Shown here piece after piece: positions 35,911-47,158 of a DNA stretch of 64,000 bases. How positions within the stretch are numbered: the stretch's first letter is position 1; each line of letters begins with the position of its first letter. Source of the DNA: Antedon mediterranea (lineage: Eukaryota; Animalia; Echinodermata); the NCBI RefSeq assembly GCF_964355755.1, contig NC_092672.1, positions 25,240,437-25,304,436 on the forward strand. Reading direction: 5' to 3'. Both the position numbers and the translations under genes were made by a program. The notes under the pieces are model-generated. The model was not told the DNA's origin. It made no database searches and saw only the letters and a list, made by a program, of their open reading frames with translations.

Positions 35911-36002
35911 TCATCGCAAAGTATAAAAATCGACCAGTATGGAGTTTTAGTTTCAAACTTTAATTGGAAGTTGTAGTGAATTCTTGTAGCAATAAAGTAA
36001 TC

Positions 36003-36677
36003 ATGAACGTCAGCCAGTCAGAAGATGAGTTTTATTTCGGCTTTCATTCACACACCGTATGCAGACCGGAAGATAACATGAAATGCGTTCGTGTACATCT
36101 GCTACATAGACTGATAGCAGACACTATTTTAAAACAATGTAGGAAAACATATTTATTCGATTCTCTATATAAGTTACGCGATGTGATCACTGAAGTAGAC
36201 CACATTAGATGTGCAGCGTACGGTGATTTGGAGTTGTCATTCCAAATAGGAGTTCACACAAACATCGACGACACAGCGAGAAGTCCTCTGTGTTACTGGC
36301 CAAAGTTTCTACTCGAAATGCGTGAATGGATACACATTGCGACTGGTCATTTTTACAATATGGTAACTTTGACAAGAGCGGAGGATTCAGCGGAATGCTA
36401 TCTTAATGATGTACAAAGGAGCAAAATAAGTCCTGTATGCATTATGTCTCTGGGACCTACTAGAATCTGTAGATTCGAACACCGCACCAACAAAAACATT
36501 AAACCTGTGAACATAAAAATGGAGCACGGTTCGATGCTGGTAATAAATTCTGAAACAATCAACGAATGGTCAAGAACTGTACCAAAGATAGATGGAATAG
36601 GAAGCACCAGCATATTGACATTTATGAACATTGAAAGGTATAGCAATATCAATATTACAACAAACAATGTATTGTAG
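36003..36677 (+). CDS. AlkB/ALKBH2-like 2OG-Fe(II) fold protein, catalytic residues lost
   Basis: AYGD...WPKFLLEMREWI..ATGHFYN...SPVCIMSLGPTR.CRF...MEHGSMLVIN...EWSRTVPK...ILTF aligns to ALKBH2/3. HxD reads YLN, the distal H reads R, and RxNLTFR reads SILTFM. TATAAAA at 35922. Confidence 0.78.
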   Translation: MNVSQSEDEFYFGFHSHTVCRPEDNMKCVRVHLLHRLIADTILKQCRKTYLFDSLYKLRDVITEVDHIRCAAYGDLELSFQIGVHTNIDDTARSPLCYWPKFLLEMREWIHIATGHFYNMVTLTRAEDSAECYLNDVQRSKISPVCIMSLGPTRICRFEHRTNKNIKPVNIKMEHGSMLVINSETINEWSRTVPKIDGIGSTSILTFMNIERYSNINITTNNVL

Positions 36678-37043
36678 TATTGAATTCTTGGAGCGGTAAC
36701 GTTAAATCGTGAACGTCAGCCAGTCAGTAGAAGACACACACACACACATCCCGTATGCAGAGCAGAACGAAACATGAACATATATCTGCTACATAGACAG
36801 ATAGCAGACATTATTTTAATACAAATTCTAGAAAACTAGTATTTGGACGTTTATGAACATTAATTAATTTATTAATGCATCATGTAACAATTTGAATTAC
36901 CTTTATTTTATTACAAAATACTAATAAATTTTTCGAGTGTAAAACAATCAAGCATAGATTCTCTTTATTACTCTCAGTGTTTTATGTGTTTGAATAATGC
37001 AGTCCTGATCCTGATATAGCAGTAACACGCATCCGTATGCAAA

Positions 37044-37500
37044 GATTACTTCGACCTCAATGGCAGTGTGCGTCAATGTTTAAGCATTCAGTTTACACAC
37101 AAGACAGAACATACATCCCCTTATACAAAATATTATGTTCATAACCTTCTAGATCATTCCTTATACTTCTCACTCAATCGTCAATTCATTATCTCTTTAT
37201 CAATTCATTATCTTTTTATCGACAACATCGCGTTACAGAACTTCTATAATAAAACTAAAATATACCCATTAAGAAACACAGTAGGCCTAGTATAATTATT
37301 GTCTGTCACGCGGCGTATAACGCAGGTATATTATTTGTCAATAGAGGGCGAACTACTTATTGTATTCGTTATCAGGACTACAAAATACTAAACACGCCGT
37401 TTAAATTATAATAATATCAATTTCATTATCCCTTCATCGATAACAAATACTTTGTCTTCTATTAATATACCGTTTAGTATAACTTCGAATACACTTTTGT
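37044..37500. repeat. Dispersed duplication, second copy at ~43204-43640
   Basis: GATTACTTCGACCTCAATG...TTTAAGCATTCAGTTTACACAC is shared; related to 2490-2600. Confidence 0.75.
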
Positions 37501-38029
37501 TTGTTTTTTTTTAATTAAGGTTCATTATCGAATAAATCGTGTTAGTGAACAACTATAACTAAAAGAATGTATACCGTTTAGTTTACAAAGTGACACGTTA
37601 TGGTCAATTTTTTTTTTCGAGAACATTGTGTTAGGGATAATAAAAGAAAATATGGCTCGTGTCACCACAAAAGGAGCCTTGTGTTGAAATTAAATTTTTT
37701 TTAATTATTATTTTAATATTAATCTCACAATCACAAATTAAACCCTTTTGCTCTCTTTTTTTTTTTTTGGACAAGACTGCTCGCCGGGCTTTATGAAAAT
37801 TATTTTATCATTAGCAGGTTTGACAATAGGAATTGTCTGTAAGTATATATCTTCACCGAAAATTGTAGGCGCTATTAATCGCGTGCTAACAAACACCATA
37901 CGTAAAAAAAGTACTAAAGTTAAATGGATGATGATGTTTCAATTTCTACACTGTCCTGTTCCAAATTGCCAATGCTTAATAATAACTAAATTGAACACCG
38001 AGTTTTGAATTGTGTGCGTGTGTGTTTAT

Positions 38030-40510
38030 TCACCGACGTCTTATGATTGAACCGGCTACAAGAACACTTCTGTCCTTGTCGGAGAGAAAGTGATTTTCTG
38101 TGTATTCATTGGTAAGATCGGCCCTCAAGTAAAACACCATCTTTTTCTGTATAACGGGCGTCCGATGGGGATCGGCAATGATACTTTCGATGAAATCTTT
38201 TGGGAAAAAAGGCCTCATATCGTCCGGGCTGACGATACAGAACCGTATTTTCTCCTCGCCATCACCACCACTGTCATCGTTTATCAATACTATATTGTCA
38301 TCAAACGGTCGAGGTAGATGACAAGGAAACGATCTCGGTGACGCAAGTTCTCCGTCATCGTTATCGTCGTCCTTGTGATCGAGTGCAAGTTGACAAAGTA
38401 CGTGAACGCTATCTTCAGGGGAATGAATAGGGCCACGAACAAAGTCTGATTTCTTATGACATAAAAGCAAAACGTTTGCACATTGAATGAATCGCGCAAA
38501 ACATGGCGATGTATGATTCCATTTAACCACTCCAGCATTGTCGACAGTGACAACGTTCTGGTAATAGGATGTACATTCTCCGTGTTTGGGTTGTGGAGGT
38601 TGCCGATTACCTTCATTCGCGTCTATAACGTCATACGAGGCCAAGATAAGAGGATATGCCGAGAGACGAGTTACGTAGCGTTCGTTCTGTCGGCAAACCA
38701 CGTTGGCTTGAACGCCTTCGAATATCGATGCGTGCATGAAAGGTATACTGTGTCTAATGTGCTGAGTGACGCGGATAGACTCTTCGTACGCGTCATACGC
38801 TGGTTGAAGAGAAGCCATTTCGAGGCGTTGTTCTTGTAGGGGCGTGAGACCGATCACGGATGATCTGATGCGTACCGTCACCGGATCAAAGTCAAACCAC
38901 ATCAGTCTACCCAGGTGTGATGTGCAGTTGGCGAGAGCAAACATAAGCTGGGCGTCGTTTTTTACTTCGGGAACGGCGAACGAGAATGTTATGGCCGGAT
39001 AGGCAATTGCAAACAGTCGAAGCGCCTCGTTTTGATCGCATCTTTGTTGTAAGGAAGCGTAACCGTCGTGTTCCGGAACAGGAAATTTCGGAATCCAAGT
39101 TTGCAGGTACTTGACAAAACGTTTTCTTCGTTTGCCGTCAACGCGTCGCTCAAAATTCGTAAGAAACCTGTCGATTCCTTCGATGCGTTTCTGTGTGATT
39201 CGTCTGCGTTTTTTCGGATACAAAGGAGCGATGGATTTGATGAGTTCGAAACTGCTCAAGAAGGAAGAAGCTTGTCGAAGCACGTCCAGGCACAGACATT
39301 GAATCGTCGTTTCAAAATCCTCAAACAGTAACAATCTTTTTCCGATTTCTTTGTAGAGAGTAGCGCGTAATTTTGGAAGATTGAACAAAACTGTTTCAAG
39401 ATCGATGTAGACACCGTTCATAACTGCGTAGTTCTCTAGACCCATCTTCTCAGCTTCTAACGCGAACGTCGTGCGTTCTCTTTTCTTGGCGACTTCATTC
39501 AACGCTCTGCGTAGGATTTCTTCTTCTTCAACAGCAGCAGCAGCAGCAGCAGCACGCGCTTCGTTCAAATAACACTGCATCTTTACTGCTTCAAAAGTGA
39601 ACGGGGTACGTCTACCACGCGCAAACGTGGCCGTTTCCCACAACAGAACGCTGGCCAGAATCAATTCGTCTTGTACTGGCGGACGATGATACTCTCTCGC
39701 CTTTGCAACGACATTCGATGGAGATTTTGAATGCCAGTTGTGTTGATTGATTCCATGCGATCGCATATGAAACCAAAACTGTTTCGATTGCGTCAGTATG
39801 TGATCTGATGCCGATGTTCTCTCGCATATGTTCGAGAGCAGCCGTCGTAGCGCGTGCACATTTTTGGTAGACGCGGTGAACAGCTCAAATGAGAGTGCCA
39901 ATAGAGCTACGTTCGGATCGCTTGTCATCGACGTGAACAGCTTCAACATTCGAGGCGTGTGCATAAAGTCTTCTTCTTCTGATGATGATGGTGGTGGTGG
40001 TGGTGGTGGTGATGGTGGTGGTGGTGTAATATGCGTGATGAGTCGACGTTTGTTTTTAGTTTTCACATTGGGACGGTGGTGGTGAAGATGATGATTGATG
40101 ATTCTCGAAATTGTCGGATATGATCTGTTTACCCTACAGCCGTTAATCACAAGAACATCGGTTCTCTTCTCGTACGTCATATCGGTATCGGTGAACTTAC
40201 CGACATGCGTTGGCCATTCGGATATCTGCGCCATCGACAGATTCGAAGCTAAATTTAGCGTCGGTCTCATTGCGACTCCTCGCTCACGCAACGGATGCGG
40301 ATTATAGTCTCCGAACACAACACCGTTCCAGCTTGGCTTTGTTATCATTTCGATTTCCAATGTGTCCGGTGTAACGTCGAGTGTAGGCAACGGTGGACTC
40401 CATTCATCACTAGGGGAGAAACGTTCCAGTATTATCCATTTACGTTCAACGATCAGTGCCGCGTACAATTTCTTTGAATTTGTGTCTTGCCATCTGTAAA
40501 TCGCCGACAT
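38030..40510 (-). CDS. Hypothetical 826-aa protein with basic NLS-like stretches
   Basis: Long intact ORF with poly-P and poly-A tracts and PKKRRR; no recognised family. Confidence 0.8.
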   Translation of the reverse strand: MSAIYRWQDTNSKKLYAALIVERKWIILERFSPSDEWSPPLPTLDVTPDTLEIEMITKPSWNGVVFGDYNPHPLRERGVAMRPTLNLASNLSMAQISEWPTHVGKFTDTDMTYEKRTDVLVINGCRVNRSYPTISRIINHHLHHHRPNVKTKNKRRLITHITPPPPSPPPPPPPSSSEEEDFMHTPRMLKLFTSMTSDPNVALLALSFELFTASTKNVHALRRLLSNICERTSASDHILTQSKQFWFHMRSHGINQHNWHSKSPSNVVAKAREYHRPPVQDELILASVLLWETATFARGRRTPFTFEAVKMQCYLNEARAAAAAAAVEEEEILRRALNEVAKKRERTTFALEAEKMGLENYAVMNGVYIDLETVLFNLPKLRATLYKEIGKRLLLFEDFETTIQCLCLDVLRQASSFLSSFELIKSIAPLYPKKRRRITQKRIEGIDRFLTNFERRVDGKRRKRFVKYLQTWIPKFPVPEHDGYASLQQRCDQNEALRLFAIAYPAITFSFAVPEVKNDAQLMFALANCTSHLGRLMWFDFDPVTVRIRSSVIGLTPLQEQRLEMASLQPAYDAYEESIRVTQHIRHSIPFMHASIFEGVQANVVCRQNERYVTRLSAYPLILASYDVIDANEGNRQPPQPKHGECTSYYQNVVTVDNAGVVKWNHTSPCFARFIQCANVLLLCHKKSDFVRGPIHSPEDSVHVLCQLALDHKDDDNDDGELASPRSFPCHLPRPFDDNIVLINDDSGGDGEEKIRFCIVSPDDMRPFFPKDFIESIIADPHRTPVIQKKMVFYLRADLTNEYTENHFLSDKDRSVLVAGSIIRRR

Positions 40511-40522
40511 TGTGCTGCTGCT

Positions 40523-42163
40523 ATGGCTGAATTTCTACCCCTGTACAAGACGCAAATAACAACGAGAAAGTATGAAAGTTTACCGGCTGTAAACGGCAAG
40601 TACGGCGCTATTCGAATTCAAGAAAGTGGGAAACATGGCAAAGTGAAGACAGCTAAAGAAAACGTGCACGTTGTGATAAAGACATTGTATGATTTCACGG
40701 CCAGCCACACGTCTACGCTCGAGCATGAAGACGTGAACTTGTCGGGAAACAAGGAAGTTTTGGTTCTTGCACACTTAAAACAAACGGACGCGGCTCGAAT
40801 GTGTACGCCTCGTCTGCTCGAAGTTTCTTATCGGCGTAACATCGCAATATCAATCACAATGAGAAACGAAGGATGTAATCTGTACAGGCTACGCTATTGT
40901 TACAAGCTTCTGCCTTGCGTGAAAACGCTTTCGTTACATGTTTGCAAAGCGTTGACGTTTCTCGAAAACGCAGGTGTGGTTCACAACGACATAACAATCG
41001 AGAACGTGGCGTATAGTCGATTAGATAATCGATTTCGTATAATAGACTTTGGTTCTGCCGAGTTTACAAAGCACGGTGCAAGCACGTTTGGCGTTTCTGT
41101 GAAAGAGAGACATGGCCATCGGTGTTTGGGTATCGTTCGAACCGGTTCCATGGCGTCAAAGTACTTGCCACCGGGAAGTCGACTACGCTTTTCCGACACC
41201 GAACCAAACTATTCGTGCGTCAGGAGTGAGGAGAAACTGACAAGGATACCTTTCAGGGACATAAGTCATGTGATGTCAGACAGACGAGTGAAGATGTTGC
41301 GTCGAAATTCGGACGTTTACAGCGCCTCGATGAGTGTGGCTTTAATGTTTTATGATGACAACAATCGGAATAAGTTTGAGACGCAAAGCGACTATTGTGA
41401 TTTAAAAAAGGACAAATTTGCGTACAACAATTTGATTAAGGTGTGTAGACATTCGGTAGAACTACGTGGTCCGATGAACGAACGTGATCTCCAGTTTTGG
41501 TACACGCACGTGAATCCGGATAGATCACTGACCGACGCATTTTCACTGTCGCATTGTTCCAGCAGCAAGAAATACAATTCATACATCGATAGATTCAGTC
41601 CGTTCTTGGGAGTCGAGTTTACGGACGCTTTAAAAGAATGTTTGAACCCTGTACCGGAACGTCGATGTGTATCGAAACTAGAAAAGGCGGCTTCGAAACA
41701 ACACGACTCAACTGTATTGTTTGGCGGTAAACAGTTTTCGTTGAAACGCGTTGAAGATAGATTGGTGTATCTAGTACACGAACATGACATTTCGATTGGA
41801 GACATCAAATTTGGCAACGAAAGCCCGAATCGAAACGTTGTGGTGGTGGAACATATGCACATCATGTCAAACGATCGGAAACTGATCATGTCGTTTCTCA
41901 TGTCGGCTCTCAGACTGAGTCAATATATTGCAACTACAGTAGAATTCTGCGTGTTCAGCGACGAGGACATTAAACATTTGTCGAATTCATTCGGCACCAA
42001 CGCTAAATTAAAATTACACGATGGAATACGCCGAATGTATGTGAAAGTCAACGACGACGTACCGCTCATAGTAAGCGTCGAAAAATCCAGATCCGAATAT
42101 AATACGGTGGTGGTGGCCGATGATGAAGAAGAGGTTTCATCTGCGAAACGACCATGTAGATGA
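40523..42163 (+). CDS. Viral Ser/Thr protein kinase with a C-terminal GNAT-like domain
   Basis: NGKYGAI, VVIK, NKEV, VVHNDITIENV, IIDFGSAE, SDVYS, LNPVPERR. Confidence 0.85.
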   Translation: MAEFLPLYKTQITTRKYESLPAVNGKYGAIRIQESGKHGKVKTAKENVHVVIKTLYDFTASHTSTLEHEDVNLSGNKEVLVLAHLKQTDAARMCTPRLLEVSYRRNIAISITMRNEGCNLYRLRYCYKLLPCVKTLSLHVCKALTFLENAGVVHNDITIENVAYSRLDNRFRIIDFGSAEFTKHGASTFGVSVKERHGHRCLGIVRTGSMASKYLPPGSRLRFSDTEPNYSCVRSEEKLTRIPFRDISHVMSDRRVKMLRRNSDVYSASMSVALMFYDDNNRNKFETQSDYCDLKKDKFAYNNLIKVCRHSVELRGPMNERDLQFWYTHVNPDRSLTDAFSLSHCSSSKKYNSYIDRFSPFLGVEFTDALKECLNPVPERRCVSKLEKAASKQHDSTVLFGGKQFSLKRVEDRLVYLVHEHDISIGDIKFGNESPNRNVVVVEHMHIMSNDRKLIMSFLMSALRLSQYIATTVEFCVFSDEDIKHLSNSFGTNAKLKLHDGIRRMYVKVNDDVPLIVSVEKSRSEYNTVVVADDEEEVSSAKRPCR

Positions 42164-42188
42164 TTTTTGGTTTTTTTTTTAAATAAAT

Positions 42189-42229
<41 letters not shown>

Positions 42230-43892
42230 ATTGCACAGAAAATGGATTGAACTTCTGTATACATAATTTCATGTATACTTTTTACGTAACAGTATAGCCA
42301 TTAAAATGTTTTTTTCACTCCTAATTTAAAACCGACGGTTTTCCGACGGCATTTTTGTGCGACTTGTTTTATATATTTTTTTTTACTTACTTACATTAAT
42401 TTATTGAATATTGTTGTGTGTTATGATATGGACTTTGTTCTGAAATAAAACGTGAATTGATTGAATTCAATTTTATAAATTATAGATATAGGGTGCAATA
42501 CTTTGTTGTCACTGAATCATGGGCATTAGTTTTGTTTACATTGTATTTTATATAGGTAAAGTAAAAATCAATAAAAGTATTACGCAATTAACAAATCTTC
42601 TCTCATTTGTTTCTAAATAGAAAGTCCGTTACTATAAACTCGAATAAACTTTGTGTTATGAAAAACTCATATTCAAGACCTCCCTCTCAAGGACAGTGCC
42701 CATTTATTGTTAAAGCATTCAACATGTGATAGTACGCATAGCGTTCAGTCGATAATGTTTTAGAAAAATAAAAGCTTTACATCGACGCCAATGACAGCGC
42801 GCGTCAATATTTAAACATTCAGTTTACAACAAAGAGAGAACTGAAGAGGCATAACATGTCGTGCATTCGTCGCATGTTGTATAATGATGAGTAAATCAAT
42901 TAAAATCTTTTTTTTTTACTTCGGTAAGAAGTCAAAGCATTTGATTGTTTAACTTTTCAATGGGTATTCGTTCGATGTACATAATACATTGGGACATTAA
43001 AAATTTATGAAAAACTCATCTTCAAGACTTTCTTCACCAAGGGCAGTACACGTTTATACTCTCTAAGCTTTCCAAAAATATGTAACTTGCTTTATATTTC
43101 TTTCAAGGCAATTAAGATATGACCCGATTTCAACAAATCACTTCCGAATTCAATAGATTACTTTCGAATTCAATAGATTATCAACAATTAGAAAACAGCC
43201 TTTGATTACTTCGACCTCAATGACAGTGTGCATCAATGTTTAAGCATTCAGTTTACACACACACAAGAGAGAACATACATCCTGTTATACAAAATATGTT
43301 TATAATCTTCTAGATCTTTCCTTATACTTCTCACTCAATATTATCAATTCATTATCCCTTTATCAATTCATTATCCCTTTATCGACAACATCGCGTTACA
43401 GAACATCACGCCGTCTTCTATAATAAAAGAATATTATACCCGTTTAAAAAAAAACAGTATATTGTCTGTCACGATATAATAATAATAGTCATATTATCTG
43501 TCAATAGAGGGCGCAATACTTATTTTCTTCGTTATCAGGACTACAATATTAGTACTATACGCCGTTTAATTCAGTATCCCTTTATCGAGAACAAACACGC
43601 CGTCTTCTACGTTTAGTATAACTTCGAATACACTTTTAATTCTGTATACTGTTTAGTTTACAAAATACACACTTTATTATCAATTTATTATTCCTTTATT
43701 GAGAACATCGTGTTAGAGAAAAACACGCCATCATTTATATTAAAAGCATACATACCCGTCTAGATTACCAAATGCACTTTATTGTTATCGAATAGATCGT
43801 ACTATAGATTCTGTTAATTTCTTTTATTATTGATTAATGATTGTTAGCAAGAAACAAAAAAACAAAAATAAAAACAAAAAACAGCACAGATT

Positions 43893-45305
43893 TTATAAGA
43901 TAGAATTATTGTATTCATCAACATCACATGTATCTAAATGATCAACTAACTGAACATGTTCTATGATATTAAACTCTTTCAGAAAACGAGGACATTGTAA
44001 TAATTCATCCAAATTACCGTCTTCTACAGCTGCATAATCATCATCATCACAAACTAATTCAAGAATATCGGGAGTATTAGAAGAAGGTAAGTAAGATTGT
44101 TGAAGTGACGCATACGTCTCTTGATATTGACCAATTATTTCATCAAGTCTGTTATTGTGTTTAGTCAATTCAATTCGCATGTCTTTCCCAAATCTGTTGC
44201 CAAACTAAGAACAGCAGTATCGATTTCTTTTTTTCGTTTCTCTTTTTCCATCCGCTCAAGTTCAGAAATAAGGCAATGATTCTTGAAAACTTTGTTTTCA
44301 GATACTTTCAATTGTTGTTTCAACTGCACAACGTGTGCTTCTCTTTGTTCAGAGTACTTTTGCCAGCGAGTGTTCATAACAATTATCTCTTTTAATTGCC
44401 TACATAAATCTGTATTTTCACGACTTAAATTTCGAACCTGTTCTTGCAACGTTTTACATTCATCTTCGAACTTTGATTCTGAATGTAAAATTCTAGCGTG
44501 AGCAAAACACATATTTCTTTCCTGTACCCATACCTTCTCTCTTTGCGCATATGCTTTTAGTTCATTTGTTATCTTCTTTTTCTCTTCAACAAACTGTTCA
44601 GTATTTGATTTTAATGTTCTTATTTCGGAGCTCAACGTGTCACGAACAGCGTCATCATTGTTACGCTGTAAAAAATAATCTCGTAGCTGACATTTTAACT
44701 TACTAATTACTACATCTTTCTCGTCGTCTGAGGATCTCATTTTAGTTAAAACAACAATGAGTTCGTTCTCTTTCCGTTTCAACTGTACACACAGCTTACT
44801 AACTTCTTTCTCAAGAACAGAAATGGTTTCTTTTGCTTCGGCAACCTGAACATTAAAAAAAAATAATAATAAATCACACACTCACACCACTATGATAATT
44901 TTAACGAATTCATGACAAATATTCTCACACTTAGTTTCGTCTTACCTCTTCGGAGCTAAACTTCTCGTCAAGCAATCTTTTATATCGTATAGCGTCATTC
45001 AACAAGCTTATTAAAATCGGTTTATCGTGACCAGGCTCGAATATTTCATGTTCTTTCAAATCAACTGATGAGTCCAAGTTGTGTTTGTGTAAGCGCCATT
45101 GTAGATGTTCAATACATAATTTATAGTTTTTTACCGTCTTCTCTAAGTGGTTCAACGATTTATCACGGTCTTTCAACAACTGTTCTAGAAGGTGTATACA
45201 TTTTACACTTTTCTTCAACGAAGCGTTTTCGTCCTGTAACAAATCATCTGACTTAGGCATAACCTTCTCTGCGGTCGTTTTCACCAGATCATTGGATGAA
45301 ATCAT
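43893..45305 (-). pseudogene. TNIP2/ABIN-2-like gene: spliced (intron 44945-44846), frameshifted near 44180
   Basis: A phase-0 GTAAG...CAG intron joins SSEE|VAEAK. The EABR-like MNTRWQKYSEQREAHVVQL lies upstream of the shift; the C-terminal LQCPRFLKEF...LVDHLDTC zinc finger is in another frame. Confidence 0.7.
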
Positions 45306-45437
45306 TCTGCACCTACACTCGTGTTTGACTTGCTTATGAATGAAGGAGAATACATTCAGTTGTTTCTATATTACAAGTTGTATGTCGAGTAAAAATTCAT
45401 ATCAAATCTACCGAAGAAAATACCGGCGCAAGAGAAA

Positions 45438-45800
45438 TTAAATTAATCTATAACGGTATATTTGATCGATTAAATTGTTGCTATCTTTTATTTCCGACAA
45501 TAGAACTTCGAACCAGGCGTTGACATTAGAGCAACTTTCCAGAAAATCAGCATTTTGATGACACCATTCTATGAACAGTACCTCTTTATCGATAACAATG
45601 TTGTCAAAGAAACGTTCTATATTCTCTCTATCCGGAGCCATCAAACATAGATCATGTTCGATCTGAGAAGGATGCTCGTGAATACATCCGTTGCATCCGT
45701 TTCTAATCATCGTATTCAAAATATCAGAGAATTGTTTAAAATATATCGATTTCAGATTTTCCACAACAGTGTTCATTTCTTTTGCGATCGAATCCTCCAT
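45438..45800 (-). CDS. Small protein with a CxxC...HPSQxxH.LC metal-binding motif
   Basis: GCNGCIHEHPSQIEHDLCL; TATA-like sequence at ~45832-45842. Confidence 0.65.
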   Translation of the reverse strand: MEDSIAKEMNTVVENLKSIYFKQFSDILNTMIRNGCNGCIHEHPSQIEHDLCLMAPDRENIERFFDNIVIDKEVLFIEWCHQNADFLESCSNVNAWFEVLLSEIKDSNNLIDQIYRYRLI

Positions 45801-45899
45801 CGTGTGTGGTGAATCTGAATTTACAAATTGCTATAATATATACTCTTCGGGCCACACACACACACACACACACACACCCGCTCGCGCACACAGACAGAA

Positions 45900-47132
45900 A
45901 TGAATAAAATAGTGCATACAGGCGCGATGGAATGTTATGAAAGACGATTGGCCACGTATGAGTTTTGGATTGCGGGACACGTGATATCGCCTACATCGTT
46001 AGCAATGTCGGGCTTCTTTTATACGGGGCAAGACGACCGAGTAGAATGTTACCGTTGTCACGGTAAACTTTCGAGATGGAACGCCGGAGCAGATGCCGAT
46101 ACAGAGCACAAGAAACACTTCCCGTTGTGCAAACTGATGTCATGTGGTAACAGCAGTCCTTTAATCGGCAGTAAAACACATTTGGTCGACTCAAACTCGC
46201 ATATGGTCAGATTGTCGACTTTTAAAAACTGGCCATTTGGACACATCGTATCGGCGTGCACTTTAGCAAAGTCTGGATTTTATTACAGGTCATGCTGTGA
46301 CGTAGTCGAATGCTTCTCTTGCAACGGTTTACTTGAGCGATGGAAAAGAGGAGTGAATGTCGACGAAGAGCATAGAAAACATTTTCCGTTGTGTAAGTTC
46401 ATGTTATCCACCGCGGCCACCGTGGCGACCCCCACCACCACCACCACCAATAGGCAACGGGCAATGCATCCACAATACGCTCTTTTGAATGTTCGAAAAA
46501 TGACGTTTACTACAGTATGGGCTACCGATCATACGCCGAACGGAATAGCCGAGGCCGGATTCTTTGCAATCAATCGGGACCAGGCAATGTGTTTCCATTG
46601 CGGCGGTGGACTGAAAGACTGGCAATTAGACGATAATCCTTGGATCGAGCATGCAAAGTGGTTTCCGTTCTGCAATTGGTTGAGAATCGAAAAAGGTTTT
46701 CCTTTCATCGAGACGGCTCTTATTTCGTCAAAAAGTCCGTTTGATATTGCAATGCGCTCTGAAATCGTTGTGAAAGTTTTAGAAATGGGTTTTGACATGC
46801 AACATGTATCGACTACTGTAAACGATCACGTGAAGAGAACCGGTGGAAACTTTACGTCTAGCCTTGAGCTTCTGAACGCTGTCACGATTCCAGTGAACGA
46901 TAAACCAACAGTGGTAGAAGAGGAAAAAGTGGAGGAAGAAGAAGATTTGCAATCTGTTGTGCGCGATTTACGCGAAAAAAAAACATGTAAGATATGCATG
47001 GACGCTGACGTTTGTGTTCTTTTCATTCCATGTTCGCATTTGGTCGCCTGCTGGTCGTGTTCAAACAGTTTGCTGTTGTGTCCGATTTGTCGAGGTAAAA
47101 TAGATAAACGTCAGAAAGCCATTCTCTCTTAA
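45900..47132 (+). CDS. iap: Inhibitor of apoptosis (3 BIR, UBA-like, RING)
   Basis: Three BIRs (RLATY..GFFY..C..C..W..H..C), VLEMGF UBA-like, C-terminal RING CKICMDADVCVLFIPCSHLVAC..CPICR. Confidence 0.97.
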   Translation: MNKIVHTGAMECYERRLATYEFWIAGHVISPTSLAMSGFFYTGQDDRVECYRCHGKLSRWNAGADADTEHKKHFPLCKLMSCGNSSPLIGSKTHLVDSNSHMVRLSTFKNWPFGHIVSACTLAKSGFYYRSCCDVVECFSCNGLLERWKRGVNVDEEHRKHFPLCKFMLSTAATVATPTTTTTNRQRAMHPQYALLNVRKMTFTTVWATDHTPNGIAEAGFFAINRDQAMCFHCGGGLKDWQLDDNPWIEHAKWFPFCNWLRIEKGFPFIETALISSKSPFDIAMRSEIVVKVLEMGFDMQHVSTTVNDHVKRTGGNFTSSLELLNAVTIPVNDKPTVVEEEKVEEEEDLQSVVRDLREKKTCKICMDADVCVLFIPCSHLVACWSCSNSLLLCPICRGKIDKRQKAILS

Positions 47133-47158
47133 TCATTCGATTGACGCACACGACGGCA

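Noticed and set aside
38030-40510. Major capsid protein, portal or terminase call for the 826-aa ORF
   Set aside because: No recognisable motifs (no Walker A, no HK97 features); left hypothetical.
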